Below are positions 61,033 through 64,000 of a DNA stretch of 64,000 nt, in pieces (within the stretch, counting starts at the first letter, position 1; every line of letters starts with the position of its first letter). The notes beneath the pieces were generated by a model that saw nothing but the letters and a program-made list of their open reading frames with translations, searched no databases and was not told the DNA's origin. Source of the stretch: Spirochaetia bacterium (lineage in GTDB: Bacteria; Spirochaetota; Spirochaetia; SZUA-6; Bin103); contig CBDATQ010000002.1 of assembly GCA_965199955.1 (NCBI GenBank), positions 1,120,001 through 1,184,000 of the forward strand, in the 5' to 3' direction. A program made the translations under genes and the position numbers.

Positions 61033-62043
61033 CTACCAGACTCCCTGCCCGGTGAGGCGGCGGGCGATCTTGTGGGCGCCGAGCAGCAACAGGACCGCCA
61101 TCACGCTCTTGAACAGACCTACCGCGGCGGCGAAGTCGTACTGATGCAGGCCGCCCTCACCTCCCAAGCCGCGGCGATAGACGAAAGTGTCGATGATGTC
61201 GGAGACCTCGTAGACCAGGGGGTTGTACAGGTTGAAGACCTGGTCGAATCCGGCGTTGAGCAGATTGCCGACGCGCAGGATCGCCAGGATGGTAATGACC
61301 GGCAGCAGTGACGGCAGGGTGATGTGGATCGACCGCTGCATGCGGTTGGCGCCGTCCACGGTGGCCGACTCGTAGAGCTCCGGATCGATCGAGGCAAGGG
61401 CGGCCAGGTAGATCACCGACTGCCAGCCCATCTCCTTCCAGATCTCCGTGACGATGAGCATGGGGCGGAACAAGGCGCCCGTCGTGAGCACCTCTGGGGG
61501 TGGTTGCCCCAGCCAGACGGCGATCTGGGCGAGCGGGCCGCTCTGCGGGGAAAGGATCTCTCGCAGGATCGTGGCCAGGATGACCCAGGACATGAAGTGC
61601 GGGAGGTAGGAGATGGTCTGCGCCGTCTTCTTGAACGGCTGGCTGGGCAACTCGTTGACCAGCAGCGCCAGCAGGATCGGCGCCGGGAAGCCCCACAGCA
61701 GCTTGAGCCCGCTGATCACCACGGTGTTGCGGATGATCCGCCACGCGTACGGGTTGCGGAAGAAGTCCTCGAAGTGCTGCAGGCCCACCCAGCGGCTGCC
61801 CCAGTAGCCGCGGCCGAGGCGGAAGTCCTTGAAGGCGATGATGTTCCCGTACATCGGCAGGTAGTGGAAGATGAAGAAGATCGCCAGCGGCAGCAGGAAC
61901 AGCAGGTAGAGCAGCCGCATCTGCTTGGCGCGCTGCCAGCTCTCGGAACGCAGCCGCCGGCGCAGGTCGGCAGGCAGCGCCCTGGATGCGGAGGGGACAC
62001 CCCCCTGTTCCGGTACGACCTGTTTCACGTCGAGCTCAGCCAT
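61033..62043 (-). CDS. Carbohydrate ABC permease (LplB-like)
   Basis: FHYLPMYG, QTISYLPHFMSW, DPELYESATVDGA, YNPLVYEVSDIIDT. Confidence 0.93.
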   Translation of the reverse strand: MAELDVKQVVPEQGGVPSASRALPADLRRRLRSESWQRAKQMRLLYLLFLLPLAIFFIFHYLPMYGNIIAFKDFRLGRGYWGSRWVGLQHFEDFFRNPYAWRIIRNTVVISGLKLLWGFPAPILLALLVNELPSQPFKKTAQTISYLPHFMSWVILATILREILSPQSGPLAQIAVWLGQPPPEVLTTGALFRPMLIVTEIWKEMGWQSVIYLAALASIDPELYESATVDGANRMQRSIHITLPSLLPVITILAILRVGNLLNAGFDQVFNLYNPLVYEVSDIIDTFVYRRGLGGEGGLHQYDFAAAVGLFKSVMAVLLLLGAHKIARRLTGQGVW

Positions 62044-62052
62044 GGTGCAGCA

Positions 62053-62472
62053 TCACTTCAGCTTGAGCAGCGGGTAGTCCGGTGACTCCGGCCGGGGGGT
62101 CAGGGTGCGGTTGGTGCAGTCGGCGATCAGATCCAGCGCTTCCATGACGATCTGGCCGACCAGCGGCTCGCTGAGGGGAGGCCCGACCACGCAGTCGGTG
62201 CTCATGAACCGGTTGCCGATGCGTATGGTCAGCGGACCCGCTACCGGCCGCTCCTCCTTCCGTTCGTCGGCATACGACACGATCACGGTTCGCCGGACGC
62301 CGACGCCGAGCCGTTCGACGACGTTCTGTGGCAGCACGAGCATGACGGCGCCGGTATCGACGACCGCCTCGACGCTCGTACGCCGTATGTCGGATTCCCG
62401 ACCGTGTCCCTTCTCGAAATACGCCCGATCCACCGGATTCTCCAGTTCTGCGTTGACCGCGATCTCCCCCAT
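62053..62472 (-). CDS. Clan AA (retropepsin-like) aspartic protease
   Basis: GGAGG RBS; AVVDTGA catalytic motif; PLVGQIVMEALDL. Confidence 0.82.
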   Translation of the reverse strand: MGEIAVNAELENPVDRAYFEKGHGRESDIRRTSVEAVVDTGAVMLVLPQNVVERLGVGVRRTVIVSYADERKEERPVAGPLTIRIGNRFMSTDCVVGPPLSEPLVGQIVMEALDLIADCTNRTLTPRPESPDYPLLKLK

Positions 62473-62549
62473 GCACGCCTCCATTCGTGGTGCGCCGTCG
62501 CGCATTCTATCCTACCGTCGGACGTTCCGCATGCAATCCTCGCCCAAGC

Positions 62550-64000
62550 TCACTCCTCGCCGAGCTTCAGCGCCTCGTGCACGCGCAGCCGGCGCACCAG
62601 GGATTGGAACAGCACGGCGCCGGCGGCCATGATGACGAGCGCCAGGACGTAGAAGCGCAGGTAGTCGCTGCGCAGGGCGACCACCCGGAAGGGCAGGATC
62701 TGCTCTGCGGCCGGGCCGGCAAGCTGCAGCAGCGGCACGTACATCACCGCCGCAAGTTGCCCGATCGCCAGCCCGGTCAGAATCGCGAAGCCGCCGGTCA
62801 GAAGCTGCTCCAGCACCAGCATGCCGACCACCTGCCGCCGGTGCACGCCCAGGGCGCGCAGCAGGCCGAACTGCAGGGTGCGCTCGCGCAGCGCGAACAC
62901 CAGGAACAGCACGTAGCCGGTCACGCTCACCAGCACGGCGGTGAGGAAGCCGAAGGTGAGCACGCCGTTGGTGCCCTGCAGCAGCGGGTCGTTCTTGGCC
63001 TCGATGGTGAGCTGCGACGTGTCCCGGATCTCCAGGACGCGCAGATCCTCCTCTTCCACGGCGGTGTAAAGCGGGCCGCTTTGCGCGCCCGGCTCCAGAT
63101 CCATCCACAGCTCGTACGGCTCGGTGGCCATCTTCGCGAACACGTAGTCGAAGTTGGCCACGGCGAACGTGCGCGTGCGGCCCCGGCCGGCGGCGTTCGG
63201 ATCGAACGACGGCCAGTAGTCGACGAAGCCCAGCACGACCGCCTGGAGCGGCAGCTGCCGCTTCCAGGTGAGGCGCACCAGGTCGCCGAGCCGCACGTTG
63301 CCCCGATCGCGGAGGTCGGCCGACAGCAGGACGCCGGTCGGGTGCTCGGAGAGGAGGTTCAGGTGGTGGTTGATGTGGGACGGCAGCAGGTCGCTGCGGA
63401 ACCAGGTGATGCGGCCGAACTCGTGTGGGACCACGGCCATCACCTGCAGGGCCACGCGGGAGCTGCCGGGGACGATCATGCTGGCCGACGGAGCGCGGAA
63501 CACGGTGGTGAGCTGGTCGACCCCCGGCAGGGCGCGGAACGGCCCGAGCGGCGGCGCCCGGTACTGGACCGCCGGCGCGGAGCCGGACGGCGCGGCCGGG
63601 GCTGCCACCGGATCCAGCAGATCCACGCTCTCCGGAGGCTCGTCGCTCTGGAACTCCGGCAGCAGCGCGAGGTCTGCTCCGACCTGGTAGGAGATGTCGT
63701 CTTCCGCGCTTCGATTGATCGTGCGGGCGGTTGTGCTGGAGGCCAGGCCCACGCCCAGGGTCAGGATCAGGAAGGTCATCGCGAAGTACTCGCGGCCGCG
63801 CGAGCGGCCTACCTGCACCAGGCCGGCATACAGGGCCGGCGACCACAGGGCTCGCCCCAGGCGGAACACCACCCGCACCGCGATCGGAAACAGGCGCAGG
63901 GTCAACAGGCCCGCGCCCAGGATGAACGCCGTCGACGCCAGGAACAGCAACGGGTCGAGCGGCGCCGACTCGGCCGGAATCAGCTCCTGGATCGTCCGGC
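62550..64000 (-). CDS. FtsX/MacB-like ABC permease, 5' end outside window
   Basis: GADL, RERTLQFGLLRALG, LEQ, EALKLGEE; multiple TM segments. Confidence 0.82.
   Translation of the reverse strand, partial: RTIQELIPAESAPLDPLLFLASTAFILGAGLLTLRLFPIAVRVVFRLGRALWSPALYAGLVQVGRSRGREYFAMTFLILTLGVGLASSTTARTINRSAEDDISYQVGADLALLPEFQSDEPPESVDLLDPVAAPAAPSGSAPAVQYRAPPLGPFRALPGVDQLTTVFRAPSASMIVPGSSRVALQVMAVVPHEFGRITWFRSDLLPSHINHHLNLLSEHPTGVLLSADLRDRGNVRLGDLVRLTWKRQLPLQAVVLGFVDYWPSFDPNAAGRGRTRTFAVANFDYVFAKMATEPYELWMDLEPGAQSGPLYTAVEEEDLRVLEIRDTSQLTIEAKNDPLLQGTNGVLTFGFLTAVLVSVTGYVLFLVFALRERTLQFGLLRALGVHRRQVVGMLVLEQLLTGGFAILTGLAIGQLAAVMYVPLLQLAGPAAEQILPFRVVALRSDYLRFYVLALVIMAAGAVLFQSLVRRLRVHEALKLGEE

Noticed and set aside
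62536..62568. Short imperfect repeat at the FtsX-like gene end
   Set aside because: About 16 bp and degenerate; could be chance or slippage.
121..63846. Many long alternative-frame and antisense ORFs (e.g. 5008-6984, 10096-12297, 46319-48709)
   Set aside because: Shadow ORFs of high-GC coding DNA; Arg/Pro/Gly-rich, no motifs, overlap well-supported genes.
1..64000. CRISPR array, cas genes, rRNA, tRNA, integron
   Set aside because: No regularly spaced repeat-spacer array, structural RNA signature, integrase or attC-like series seen by eye.

Overview
High-GC bacterial DNA (roughly 65-70% by eye). The solute-binding proteins carry Cys-less signal peptides ending [FW]A-x-[AG]-Q-x-E, which suggests a Spirochaetota, possibly host-associated (inference). 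The window is almost all carbohydrate or small-molecule uptake and catabolism: several ABC importer loci without ATPase genes, four GHL10-like TIM barrels, six BNR/sialidase-like propellers, three oligogalacturonate-lyase-like propellers, heparinase II/III-like genes, three PhyH dioxygenases, a uxuA-family gene, oxidoreductases and a DegT aminotransferase. Five type II toxin-antitoxin loci and one complete IS1634-family element (terminal IRs, 6-bp TSD) are interspersed. Features beyond the gene list: (1) many gene relics made by internal deletions that fuse gene starts to gene ends, plus nonsense and frameshift lesions; (2) in three TA loci the toxin is destroyed and the antitoxin kept; (3) accessory genes flanked by duplicated host gene ends (a 40-bp promoter-RBS-ATG copy around hicBA; a 96-bp 3'-end copy around a propeller hydrolase gene); (4) repeated leaderless TAnnnT-N5-8-start architecture; (5) an atypically large putative antitoxin paired with an intact PIN toxin. 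No rRNA, tRNA or CRISPR array was seen. Family assignments come from motif recognition, not database searches.
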